This document shows, one piece after another, positions 1 through 12,087 of a DNA stretch of 64,000 nucleotides. Source of the DNA: Priapulus caudatus (lineage: Eukaryota); the NCBI RefSeq assembly GCF_000485595.1, contig NW_014577083.1, forward strand, positions 360,151 through 424,150. Direction: 5' to 3'. A program made the translations under genes and the position numbers. Positions within the stretch are counted from its first letter, which is position 1. The number at the start of each line of letters is the position of its first letter. Under the pieces are notes generated by a model, which was given only the letters and a program-made list of their open reading frames with translations, did no database searches and was not told the origin of the DNA.

Positions 1-1067
1 CCCTCTCCCTCTCCTTTCCCTCTCTCCCTTTCCTCTCCCTCTCCCTCCTCCCTCTCGCCTCGCCTTCTCCCTCTCCCTCTCCCTCTCCATCTCTCTCTCT
101 CTCGCTCTCTTCTTCAAGGTGTTGACATTTTTATAGATATTTTCATTGAACTTGATCGTGCGCCGGCCGATGCATTCGGCGCACGGATCCATAGCTGCCA
201 GCGCTGCATACTGTCGTAGGACGTTCCCGCGGTCGCGTGCGCCTTGCCGCGGAACTGCGCACGAGATCTGCGCTTATAGCGCTTGGGATCAACACCTTCT
301 TTCGGCAACGCTTCTCTAGTATCCCGTCTCATCTGGATATCACAGCCAATCAGCAAAGGTCTTATAAGCCCATAGACTATGTAAGAAAAGAGTAAAGCTA
401 TAGCATTTATGTTTTGCATACTCGTGTGAGCACTTCTTTCACTTCAAACTTTTGTTTTCAAATGGCAAATGTGATGACGTTTACGATAGTGATGAGGGTT
501 ACAAGTAGGTTTCTCTATTCTTAATTGATGAATCCAAGTGTATTATTACCACCCCTTAAACTTTTTCATCAAATTTTGAAGACGTTTTACAGGCTCGGCT
601 CAGAAGACATCAGTGGAAATCCATGGAGCCATGCACAATTCCCATACCTCACATATATATTGAGGTTTATTCCACACCTGGCCTTAGAAGCACAGATATT
701 ACAATTTAGTGCAGCATAATTTTGAATGTGACAATTTAGCACACTATGAAGAGGCTAACTTAATTAGCCCAAATTAGCAAATTTTTAGCACACTGCAAAT
801 AATTACAGACTGCGACTACTCTGATGTAGGACCTAATTTGCAAGCGATATTGGATACAAGAGTTAATTTTAAAACCTCCTGTGCTACAATACATTTTTAA
901 CAATACATATGCTGGAAAAAATCTCTGGCCGAGAGAAACCATTCACCAGACATCTGGCAGCATAGTAGAAAAGATTTCCTGTGGTTAGGGGACTAGAACA
1001 GACTAAATCGAAACAAACCAATTCACGTAATCTGAGATAGGGCTTAAGCCCCCTTACACCTACTAAC

Positions 1068-1193
1068 CAGAGCTTTCAATGGCCATCTGTTGTGGTAAAC
1101 CTGCATTGTAGTAAGTGGGTAGTTTACAGCCATCACCAAACTTCACATCCTGGTACTTTCGTCGCCCTCCACGGACCCTGTCTAACCGAACGC
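1068..1193 (-). CDS. ERR: ERR-like nuclear receptor, C-terminal extension/hinge exon (GVRLDRVRGGRRKYQDVKFGDGCKLPTYYNAGLPQQMAIESS)
   Basis: GVRLDRVRGGR is the ERR T/A-box. Acceptor tttgcAG|GC, donor TCT G|GTTAGT. 126 nt, phase 1-1. Confidence 0.9.
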
Positions 1194-1668
1194 CTGCAAA
1201 AATAAATCACATCGCATATATATATGCATGAGCGTTTGTGGGTGCATGTGCGTGTGCCTTATTAGTTACAGTCATCTCCTATGGGGTATGGAGTAGAGAC
1301 CGTATTGGGGTTAAATATGGAGTCTATATCACCATGTAAATAGCATATCAGGCAGAATCTGATTGTGTAACGATTCTACCTACATATAGCTTCCCATCTA
1401 GCCATCCGTAGCATTTTAGCTTCATTATTATTCGTAATTTGTAATTCTACATTATACAGTTATAATTCATAATAGTGCAGTCAATTTAAGTGGCAGTCAC
1501 ATGATGCATTTTAGTCAGTCCAACGGTGTTACGGACTCCATACTTGCCACGTTGGGTGTTATATGTATTATATATATATATATTTCTTATACACATATAT
1601 ATATATACACAATGACTCATTTAATCCAGTATTCTACCCTACCTGTCATCCCCAAGCCACACACATAC

Positions 1669-1785
1669 CTTCTCTGAGCATCCCCACCCGCAAGCACTTC
1701 TGATACCTGCAAGCTTGGCAGGCTTTCCGGCGTTGCTTGCTGATTTCACAGCTTCCACCTGAAGGGCATATGTACTCAATTCCAC
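1669..1785 (-). CDS. ERR: ERR-like nuclear receptor, zinc finger 2 exon ([39 protein letters not shown])
   Basis: Absent from the ORF track; translated by hand. Acceptor ttttttttAG|, donor GAA G|GTATGT. 117 nt, phase 1-1, the exon length typical of NR3 second zinc fingers. Confidence 0.95.
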
Positions 1786-2258
1786 CTAAAAAAAATGTAG
1801 ATAAAATGTCAGCATTTCAGAATCAACATTTTGCCACTAAAACGCCAATTCAGGAAAACCACTCAACTGGTAAAAACCCCTGTAGAAACCCCACAAAAAA
1901 AGCAATCAGGATTTGTATGCTACATAAATGACTCGGTGCACAGCAGCTCAGTGTATTGTAATGGATCACACCTCTTCTGGAGGATTCATCATTTACTCAC
2001 ACCAAGGAAAGAACTATTACAAAATAAGCCACAATAAAATGATTTCCGCTACGAGTTGGAAACTAGTTCCACGTAACACACCATTGCAACACATGTACCA
2101 GTGATTTCAACTGTTTTATTAACCGATTACCCTGCTTTATGTAATCTCGAGAGGGTTTCTGTGATTTCTCACCACTTAAAACCCATTATGTTAACATGAG
2201 ACAGTTTATTGTAATTTCTTATCATCGTTACTATCATCATTATTATCATTATTATCTA

Positions 2259-2549
<291 letters not shown>

Positions 2550-2939
2550 CTATCAGACCTTAATTCTCTGGAGTGTGGTGCTTAAGCGCCATAGCAAGCA
2601 GTTAGCTGCTCACATGAGGGTATGAGAGGGTGGGCTCCCCAGAACAATTTTGATTTTAAATTATCTGAGGCACATTCTGAGGCTTGCTACTTTGGCGATA
2701 GGTTTCAAATCACCACTAGGAAGCCTGCTGAAATTGAGCAATAACCATACTTATCCCTCAAACAATCCCCAACTCAAATAAATTATATTAAAACAGGAAG
2801 TGAACTTTAATGCCAATGGGTAGCTTTTATTTAATATACCTCTACATATCAATAATTATGAAGTTATCCATATTAAGCATGTCATCAATTCTTGGTTTTT
2901 AATCAGTCATGCTGAGGGAAACGTCATAATTGACCCTGC

Positions 2940-3338
2940 CTTGTAGTTGCTCCGATTCCTTAGCAGGAACACTGTCTGAAGCCTTCTCTTCATCGAATAA
3001 TGGCGGGGGTGGTGGCAGTGGTGGTGGTGGTGGTGGTGGTGGTGGTGGTGGTGGTGGTGGTGTTGGTGTTGGTGTTGGTGTTGGTGGTGTTGGTGGTGGT
3101 GGTGGTGGTGGTAGTAGTGGCGTTGGTATTGGTGTTGGTGTTGGTGGTGTTGGTGGTGGTGGTGTTGGTGGTGGTGTTGGTGATGGTGTTGGTGGTGGTG
3201 TTGGTGGTGGTGGTGGTGGTGGTTGTGGCTGTAGCAATGCTTGCAGGGTTTGTGGTATTGGTGATTGTGATGACATGGGGTTACTTGGATCTGGCAGTGG
3301 TAAGGCTATACTGCTACAGACGTGGCTTCTTAACAGAA
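2940..3338 (-). CDS. Candidate poly-Pro/Thr cassette exon within the ERR intron
   Basis: Open frame with a (CCA/ACA)n Pro-Thr tract and protein-like flanks (LFDEEKASDSVPAKESEQLQ). It fits phase 1-1 only with a weak acceptor (gtaacAG|) and a non-canonical GC donor (CAA G|GCAGGG). Confidence 0.3.
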
Positions 3339-3457
3339 CTGTTACACTGCAGCAGTCTTGCAGCAATCACACACTCACGCTCTTTACTAGGGCTTTCATA
3401 TATATACACTCTGAACACACAGCTTCACTACCGATTACCTGTAAGTTGTAACGCATA

Positions 3458-4527
3458 CAGGGCGTCAAGTGACAAGTGACGCTCAAAAAATAGGACAATA
3501 GGAATTTCAGATGTGAAAAAATAGGAGGAAAATAGGAATTTTGGTGAGAAAATATATGTTAAATAGGAATATCTTTTGCGTTAGATGGCCTCCCAACACC
3601 CATACATGATACAGCCATCCTGATCCACCACAATTAATGGTTGTATTAATATACATATTTGGAGTTACATCACATGCGAACAATATTTTGAGGTTTTAAT
3701 GAGAAATGCATGTTAAAATTGATAAGCAGTTTATACATGCATAAGCACCCATACATGTAGACTACTCCAAAATAGTAGTGATAATGATTAAAAATAAAGA
3801 CTAGACATGCACATGATATAAGATTATTCAGAAATTGTGCAATAAATTTTTACTATGAAGCACAAATATGTTAAATAGAAATATGTGTTCATTAGATGGC
3901 CTCCCAACACCCCTATAGCCATCCCGATCCACCACAATTGTTGTTTTTTGCTTATTTCTAATTAAAATATATTTGAATGTGCATCACATAGTAAATTTTT
4001 TTAAGGTTCTAAAGAGAAACGCAAGTTAAAATTTATCTGCAGTTTCTACATGCATAAGAACCCAAACATGTAAAAGACTACTACAAAATGGTAGCAATTT
4101 CAAAATAAATGACTGGACATGCACAATGATACGACATTCCTCAGAACTTGCGCAAAGCAAACGTATCAGAGAAGATGATTAGTGTGTCAAACTTCATGTA
4201 TTGATATAACAAAACTATTGACACACCATGTGTAATATGAGATTTTTCAAGTTTTACAAATAAATGATTTCGGCTGTCCCAGCCAACATAAAAACGTTAA
4301 AGTAATTTAAAGTAAGGGGTGGGGGTCTGGGGGTTCTCCCCCATGAAATTTGTGAAAATTGGGTCACCTGAAATGTAAATTCCTGCATTCTGAAAAGGAT
4401 ACATACAATTCTGGATTCAGAAAAATGAAAAGCCCTTAAAAATAGGAAAAAATAAGAATTTGTCCAGAAAATAGGAGAAAATAGGAATTGCCCAGAAAAA
4501 AGGAAAAAATAGGAACTTGACGCCCTG
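3458..4527. mobile_element. Non-autonomous hAT-like DNA transposon with 6-bp target-site duplication
   Basis: 13-bp TIRs CAGGGCGTCAAGT / ACTTGACGCCCTG. Direct repeat CGCATA at 3452-3457 and 4528-4533. Subterminal AAATAGGA repeats at both ends and an internal ~310-bp tandem duplication. Confidence 0.85.
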
Positions 4528-4878
4528 CGCATATAACAAACATCGGTTATTTTTCTGGATCCGAGTCATCCGGATTAATTACCTACCAATCTAATAGAAC
4601 ACTTCATGTACCTTCTAAGTTCTATGGTCTATATCTATAGTCTCTATCCGAGATTCTATGGTGTAAGGCCACTGATTCAAAACGGTTGATAATGATTTAC
4701 AGTTCTATTCACGATCAGCTATTAATACTTAATAGTGGCCCTCCCACTCCTCCAGTAATGCTAGGTCATTGCCCGTGCTTCACTATTGCGTACTCAACTT
4801 CGTTCAACGAGAGTTAAATGCAAGTAGTTTAGGTATCTATTATCATACTGAAGATCATGACATGGCATTATATACTCA

Positions 4879-5675
4879 ACTAGAAAGGGCAGTTGTTGCC
4901 AACTACATGTATCTCCCGTGATCTAGTATGAATGAAATATCTCTGTAAGGACGTAGAAGGTAAGTAAAGTTAAATAAGTCACAAAGACAAAGGTTTGTTA
5001 CACAACTCATCTGCCTGAGATGTGCAAGGATGTTAAAATTGGTTGCCTTAAGGGTTTTGGTACGCGACAGACCTTCTCCCCAAGATGTGTAAGTATACGA
5101 AGTTTGCTCATGCTAGGTCAATTAGGGGCAGAGTTATAGAGCGGAAGGGAAATATGATCAAGGTTAAGGTCAATGTAAAATAAAGGTCGCAGTGACCTGA
5201 TTTTGGTACGCGACACACCTTCTCCCCAAGATGTGTAAGTATACCAAGTTTGGTCGCGCTAGGTCAATTAAGGACCGAGTTATAGAGTGGAAGAGAAATA
5301 TGATTAAGGTCAAGGTCAAGGTCAAATAAAGGTCACCGTGACCTGGTTTTGGTACGCGACACACCTTCTTCCCAAGATGTGTAAGTATACCAAGTTTGCT
5401 AGTGCTAGGTCAATTAGAAACCGAGTTATAGAGTGAAAGGGAAATCTGATCAAGGTCAAGGTAAAGGTCAAATAAATGTCGTAGTGACCTGGTTTTGGTA
5501 CGCTGCGCACCTTCTCCCCAAGATGTGTAAGTATACGAAGATTGGTCGCGCTAGGTCAATTAGGGGTCGAGTTATAGAGCGGAAGGGAAATTCTCTGCGG
5601 CGGACCGAGCGGCGGCGGCGGCTGGACAGACATGAAACCATAGTATCCACGCCGACTTCGTCGCGAGGGATACAA
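4879..5675 (-). mobile_element. Helentron-associated non-autonomous element (HINE family A) with 146-bp internal tandem repeats
   Basis: On the minus strand it starts TTGTATCCC with a hairpin (TCGCGACGAAGTCGGCG) and ends with sub-TIR GGGAGATACA, hairpin AGTTGGCAACAACT and CTAGT. Repeat units recur at about 5055, 5201, 5347 and 5493. Many relatives elsewhere in the window. Confidence 0.8.
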
Positions 5676-5799
5676 CAATATGTGTTTAAAAACTTACAAG
5701 TATTCTTTTTAATAGACCGAAATAATTTTCATAGGAACCCATCGTCAATTACGGGGGGGGGAAGGGGGTCATTGTTACTGTCAATGGGAAACTAGTCCC

Positions 5800-8700
5800 T
5801 AAAGCCCTGGTCTCAACGAGCCCACGACGCATTTGTGCAACGACACGACAGAAAATTTGGGCAAATCGTGGGTCATCGGGGGTCGTCGCAAGACAGTCCT
5901 ACGAAATTTTGAGCATCGTGACATCGACTTGCCGTCGTGTGGCAAAATTGAACATGCACCTTTTTTGTTGCACGATTTTTTGTGGTATCTATGTCTTCTG
6001 GTTGTAGTGTGAGTCGTGTCTACAGCAGGGTTCTTGCCCGACGTCTTGCGGTACTGTCGTTGCGATAAATTCTTGTCGTGGGTACAGGAAGAAATTTTTT
6101 TATAGTCAGACAATTCTTACGACTATCGCCGGATTTGTCCTCACTTGTCTCACGGCTGTCGCAGGGACGTCGTGAGGTAGTTGCAAGATTGTTTCCGATC
6201 TTATATTTGTGGAGGCTCCACACATTGCAGGTTGTCGTGCGTTAGTCTTTGCATAGTCTTGCAACATTTTTCGTTTTTTGAGAGTTATATTAGCGTCGGT
6301 CCTCGCGAGGTGATGACAGCTTGGATTAACTGCTGTCGCTGCGTGAAAGGGGATGTTTCCGCTGAGCGAGCTACGCGTGGCCTGCGGAGGGGGGCGTCTG
6401 GAGGAACTCCAGGCCACGAGCTGAATATGTGCTGGTTGCGTTGATCGGGTCGGGAGCCGGGCAGAACCGTGCGAACCCGGACGTTGGTGTGCCGTGGACG
6501 GTGGCGAGCGCGCGCTGAGTTTGGGCTTTTGAATGTTGCGGTCTCTGATGATTGGTGGCTGCGGTCGCGGAATCTCGCTCGGTGACTTCGCTGGTTTTGG
6601 GCTAGGCATGTCTTCACGAGCTGTTGCCGATAGTGTCGCCCTCGCGATCACCAAGCGGCGCAATTGTTCGCGCTTTTAGCCCCTCTTTTCTTCTTGGTTT
6701 CTTCTTTTTGAGAGGGTCATCCTGGGATACTACCTTGATTACCATAAGTGACATATGGCCACAACCCTCGCCGAATTCGCGCAGGCACACGCCCCCTACC
6801 CTGCGTTCAGTATCCCGCGCCGCGTGCATCAGATCCTTGTGGTGGTTCTTTCGCGTAAGCGGTGGGTCGGGTCCAAAATCCGGGGCAGACTTGCGGATGT
6901 ATCACTTGGGGAAATCTATGCAGGCAAATTGGCAGGCAACGACGGGCCTCCGTTTTATAGTCGGGAGCACGGACACGCCTGCGAGTGGTTTTTACGTGCC
7001 CAGCATCTGTGAAAATATAGTTTTTCTTTTCCGGGGCTGCTTTTTGCCAACCTGCCCCCAAATTTCGGGGGCTTTTTTATTTTCCGTTGGGCTCTTTTTT
7101 TCATTTCGCCAGTTGGTGACTTGTTTCAGTGGCTGTTTTTCGTCACTCGATTGGCGTTTAGTACTCGCGCGGGGGTCGCGCACCCCACACGACACGTCAC
7201 ACGACGCACGCAGGCGACGCACGCAGGTTGGTACGCACCCGCACATCAGTGAGTTTTTACAGACCAACGTCTATTCAAGAAGTTATTATCGACTGACGAC
7301 TAACATGATATCAAAACTCACATAGTCCACAACTACAATGCACCTTGAATTGTGAATACATCACAGGTTAGCTAAACAACAAGAACTATTCGGACTGCAA
7401 TAGTGAGAATGTCGCCTGTACGAGCTAGAGAGGATCGATTGTTTATACGCGAAGTCTCTTCGGGCTGAGGCGTCAAGGCCGCGTATGGGCCTGAAAGCTC
7501 AGGGGGTTGAGGAAAGCGGCCGCCGGGCACGTTGTGAATGGTCGTGGCACATCGCGCTGCGTCACGTGCTGTGGAGGGGCGGATTGATTGAGTATGCGGG
7601 GGGGGGCACGATTGGTTTCGCGTTGGTTTATAACTCATACCTAATCTTACGCAGGGCTGGACCTATCGGCGGCGAAGCTGGCCAGCAAACTCTTTCGGGG
7701 GAATTGACCAGAAAAGCGTACAATCGGGTGGAATGATCACACGTGTCGCGTCTGCCGCAGCGGGAAACTCATACCGTGTGATTCTCGGATTTGGGTGTTT
7801 GGTTCGCCCGATTTAACCTCGCCGCTTAGTCTTCAACGTTTTGATTTATCGGGCGGATTTTAGTCGCCCGAATGGGTCTACATCTGCGCCCCCGCCCGGC
7901 GATTCAGTCGCTGGCCTCCTCTCGAGTCCGCTAGTGTGTCCCGGCGCCCGGGCTGGTCCGGCTGAGTTCAAAAACTCGCCCCGATTCCGCTTCGCGCTAC
8001 ATAGCTCGTCGATTGACGGCCGCCCTTATTCGGCGCTTTGCGCGGTACTCCGGTCTCGTCTCTGCCCTCTATGTCTCCTCGCAGTCGCTACTGCCTACCG
8101 TCTCCCCACCGCGCCGTGCATGTTGTCGCCCCTGTTTATATGCTGTGACGTCGTCATGTATATAGCGATGCGCCGCTGCCGCACGTGTACCCGTGCTACC
8201 GCGCGCTCGCTCCCACGGCACGCTGCCCCTTGCTGTCTAGGTTCGCACGCGTACGCCAGCGCCCTACCCCGCATGCACGAGAGCGGTTGTCAGACCCTGC
8301 CGAGGCGCACGCAGCACCGCCCGTGACGCGCGCCCACCGCGAACGCGTGGTCTCGCCAGTGCGCGCCGCGGCACGTTACGGCAGCGCTCGCTATGCACCC
8401 CGCAGGTCGCCGCCGGCGCTTCCGCTTCTGCAGCACGCTACGCACGCGCGGCGAGGTACGCACGGTCTAGCGGTGCACCATGCCTTCATGCCAATATAGG
8501 CCGGATCGTTCCCGGCTGATTTAGCCGTGCTCGGCCGATTTCATCGCGCTCAGTGCTCGCTCACGCTCGCCCCCTCTCCTCGCGGATACGAATCGGCGTC
8601 GCGAACTTCTCAGCTCGCTCTCCCCCTGCAAGCTCGTTAGTCTTTTGCGCTAACCTCTCGACGGGCAAACTTCCGGAGTTGTTGGCCCGCGCTCTCTCGC

Positions 8701-9496
8701 GCGCTTTGTGGCATGTCCTCTTGTGTCGTACACTATGAAACCTGCAACAAACTTTTGCAAAAGACTTTTATTTTGTTGGGGAAGTTTCTGAAGTTTGTCA
8801 TAAGCTTGGAGCGGAAACGACGGCCGTATTTTCCTCCATATGTCCCAGAACAATTGCGAAGGATCACCATGCGAAGAGGTTGATGTGTGTCAGTAGTCCG
8901 TGTGGCGCCGCAGCAATTATTGCATTGCTATTGCCGCCCGCCGTCGTCTGTCGCGAAAGCAAAACAAGCCACGTTTGTGGACCAGACCCTGGTATTATGA
9001 AGAGACAGTTGGGCTATTCATTGCCTGTGCAGGAATAGGCGCTCAGACGTTGCATCAACCAGCTGGCAATCTGCCTGCAATGCGGCCTTCTTTTTATCCC
9101 TTGTTTCTCTTGAGGGTGCTTGTATTGTAAACATGGATACTTTTCTTACTCTTGAATTAAATCAACAATTTCTTGGTACTATACGTCCCTGTTGATTTCG
9201 TTACTTTACTGGGGCGACCTTTTTGTGTCCATCTCTGCAGTGATACATGACTACAACTGTATTTGATTGCTGAGTTGTTCAAACCTCAGACCACTAGTTG
9301 TCAGAGGTGCACGGCCTAATTCTGCAACCTGTTTGCCGAAGTTTGTCACTAGTTCTACACTGGCAACTTTGGAAAACTTTTCTTGCCAAACTCGGAGTTT
9401 GCTCGAGTTTGCAAACTAAAGTTTGCTAGTGTAGACAGGGCTTTAGTTGCCCGATTTAGTCACCCGATTTAATCGCCTAGTGTGTCCGGCCCTTTA
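5800..9496. mobile_element. Cluster of degraded or noisy PIF/Harbinger-like elements
   Basis: Termini taaAGCCCTG (5800), GTGTAGACAGGGCttta (9430-9445) and GTGTGTCCGGCCCttta (~9480-9496) with TWA flanks. Fragment RRRLSRKQNKPRLWTRPW (8900-9000) resembles Harbinger transposase N-termini. Internal boundaries unresolved. Confidence 0.45.
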
Positions 9497-9589
9497 ATGA
9501 AGGCATGACCACCATTTTACGTGGTCATCTGATAATCGAGGGGTTCACAGTACCTAATGTTGAAAGCAAGGTTTTAACACGTTGAGACA

Positions 9590-9662
9590 ATCCACTGTTC
9601 TGGCTGGGGTTTGAACATACAGTATTCAAAGAGAAAGGTGGACACGCTATAACCACTGGAGT
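9590..9662 (-). mobile_element. Degenerate tRNA-derived SINE head
   Basis: Minus strand shows A-box-like AGTGGTTATAGCG and B-box-like GTTCAAACC at tRNA-like spacing. No full cloverleaf. Confidence 0.35.
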
Positions 9663-10512
9663 CTGGACTGACGTATCCCTCAATAGCAGCACTTCAAACT
9701 CATCATGCCAGCAATAAACGTAACTGCCTTCTCCAATAAGAAGAAACTACGCAGGCAACAATAAACAAGACACTGACAGATAAAGCCTTTAGATTTAAGA
9801 TCCAGTGAGTATTTACTGATATGATAGTGATAGTGAATATTGAACATTGACTGCATATGAATGCCGCATATACTCACATTCACATTGGGATATATGTACG
9901 CTACGTGCTATTTAAAATAAGTGCTTTTGACCGCGCTTACAAGTCAATTATGCATGGTTTTCGTTCGAATAGAAGCCCACTCCAAGCGAAAACAACCGAC
10001 TACTTGAGCACTAGGTGCTGGCTACTTTGACACCCGAAATATATGCCTATAAATGTCCAAACTCACTTTTTTGTGATTAGTTGCTCTTGAAAATGCCCTG
10101 ATTAGAGAGATTTTAATCAAAGAAATGTACTTGAAAATAATGGTAAAACATTACAAAATTTCGTTGCATTTTTTCATTCTTTGGCAGATTCATATAACCT
10201 CAGAGTGCACCTAAGAAAGATCATTTCGAAAAAAAACTAGAGGGTTTCCCCACCAATTGAGACACCACCTTCCCACACTTTCTAACCTGCTCTTCTTTTC
10301 TTACGCCTTTGAATCCATCATGCGCGTTTTTTCCCTTAACTGGCCATTACATCCTTTGTTGAATTTCCCCTCAGAGGAAACCCTGCGTGATGCCATTTAT
10401 TTCTAAAATGAAATACCTTTATAATACTATACACTTATGGTGGCTCACACTCCGCATTCCAATTTGCACTTCATCAAGTGCAGGTTTGTGCAGAACATTA
10501 AGTCAGGCTTAA

Positions 10513-11090
10513 AGGGACAGTAGCCTCTAGGATTTTACTGCATACAACTGTACTTACTGTATAACAAATCGTCTATACCCATACGTATTTGTTACCAGAT
10601 ACCTAATTTAATTGTTATAATTAATTACACATCAACGCTACGAAATTTGAATGGCGCCATGACACCCGCGACCGTGCTGCCACCCCGAAAAAGTTGCGTA
10701 TTTGACAATTTATTTTGCACGTTACAGACCGAGGGCTAATCACAAAAGTGCAATTATATATTTATAGGTAAATGCTATTTAACCGAACGATATTAATTTT
10801 AGGGCAAATTTATCCATATTATAACTGAAACTATATGTCGTTTATAAGATATTACAATCCTTTTGCTTTTAAATGAATAAATAAGTAACACCCTCGGTCT
10901 GTAGCCCTTGGCTGGAAAGTGGTTTTGCGCAACTTATCAGATCGTGTGCTTTGAGTGGCTGGAGTCGTTAGTTTTCAAACATTTTTTTAAAATATTTATA
11001 ATGGTGATTGAACCATGAAACTTTTTATGTAGCGTAATTATAACCTAAATTCGCTGAAAATAACCCTAGAACCTAGAGTAAACTCTCCCT
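10513..11090. mobile_element. Non-autonomous Kolobok-type element
   Basis: TTAA on both sides (10509-10512, 11091-11094). Imperfect TIRs AGGGACAGTAGCCTCTAGG / CCTAGAGTAAACTCTCCCT with purine-purine 5' ends. Confidence 0.7.
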
Positions 11091-11399
11091 TTAATGTAAA
11101 GTGAAGACCTTGAAGTGATTGTGACCACGAAATCGGTGCAACAAAATCTGATTTTTAGTGGCACTATACATTTAGTTTTAAGATGAAAACCCTTGATTGT
11201 GGGCATTCATTTAGCTAAATTTCATATCAATCCAGATGAGCCTTTTAAATGTAACATGTCACTGGGGGTTGGCTATCAATGTCACCCTATAAGTCCAGTA
11301 GCTTTGCTGGATAAAGTCTGTTACACGAAAAATCCCAAAGCGAGACTGTGGGCAAGGCCGATAAGCATGAACCTGTCGAAGAAAAACCTGTCTGCCACA

Positions 11400-11492
11400 A
11401 CCATACGACTACCACTACCACTACAACTACAACTACCACTACCACTACCACTACCACTACCACTACCACGATCACAACCAATACAACTACAA
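11400..11492. repeat. (ACCACT/ACAACT)n microsatellite
   Basis: Directly visible tandem repeat just inside the ERR intron. Confidence 0.9.
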
Positions 11493-11549
11493 TTGAAAGA
11501 AAGATATGCCAACGAATTCACCAAGCCAGTATTACACACAAACTCTCAC

Positions 11550-12087
11550 CAGAGAACTTGGCGTGTGACGCTGCCGTCTCTGGCTGCGGCTGCAGCGGCG
11601 GAGGTGATGGATCGCGCGACGTACTCGCGACGCACCCCGGCGACTTGCTCTCGTTCTTCACGCAGCACGACGACGCGCCGCCGCTCGGCGGCGACTTCTT
11701 CACGCCGACTTCCTGACCGCATCCGAACGTCGCGCTGTTCGTCGAGTCGACGTCGTACGCCTCGCAGGGATCGGCGTCGAGGCGAGACGAAGCGAGACAT
11801 GTCTCACCGGTCCTCGCCGCCGCGTCGCACGTCGTCGTCGTCAGCGGGTTCTTGATCGCCGCGCTAGACGACGTGACGCCGTACGCCCTGTTCGTCGCCA
11901 CGCAGCCTCGTCCCCCGCTCGCGAAACGACTGCGGCTGTTCGCTGCCGGGTCGCTGGCGACGCTGCGGCTGCTGTCGCAGGCGAGCGGGGAGAGAGTGGA
12001 GGGGGACGGGCTCACCGGCGACGAACCGCTGGTCTCGGGCGCATCGAGGAAGAGACCCGGAGGTGGCTTCACATCTTCTTTATCCAT
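11550..12087 (-). CDS. ERR: ERR-like nuclear receptor, probable first coding exon (Ser/Pro-rich A/B domain, MDKEDVKPPP...HAKFS)
   Basis: GC-rich open frame. Acceptor tgcttgtAG| gives an exon start at 12109. ATG at 12087 is in good context (gtcATGG). Donor TCT G|GTGAGA at 11550/11549 is phase 1 and matches the phase-1 acceptor of the zinc-finger-1 exon. Contains VKNESKSP (PDSM consensus). Linkage to the DBD exons is inferred. Confidence 0.72.

Noticed and set aside
114..419. ORF as the ERR ligand-binding domain
   Set aside because: It has no LBD signature motifs. It is kept only as a speculative terminal exon in the findings.
2930..3479. Poly-Gly and poly-Val plus-strand ORFs
   Set aside because: They are alternative frames of the (GGT)n tract.
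5053..5590. Regularly spaced repeats as a CRISPR array
   Set aside because: Whole 146-bp units repeat with no unique spacers, there are no cas genes, and the context is eukaryotic.
5799..8853. Dense overlapping ORFs in a GC-rich block, suggesting a foreign or bacterial insert
   Set aside because: No coherent protein in any frame. The block has Harbinger-like termini and repeated motifs, so degraded or noisy transposon DNA is the simpler explanation.
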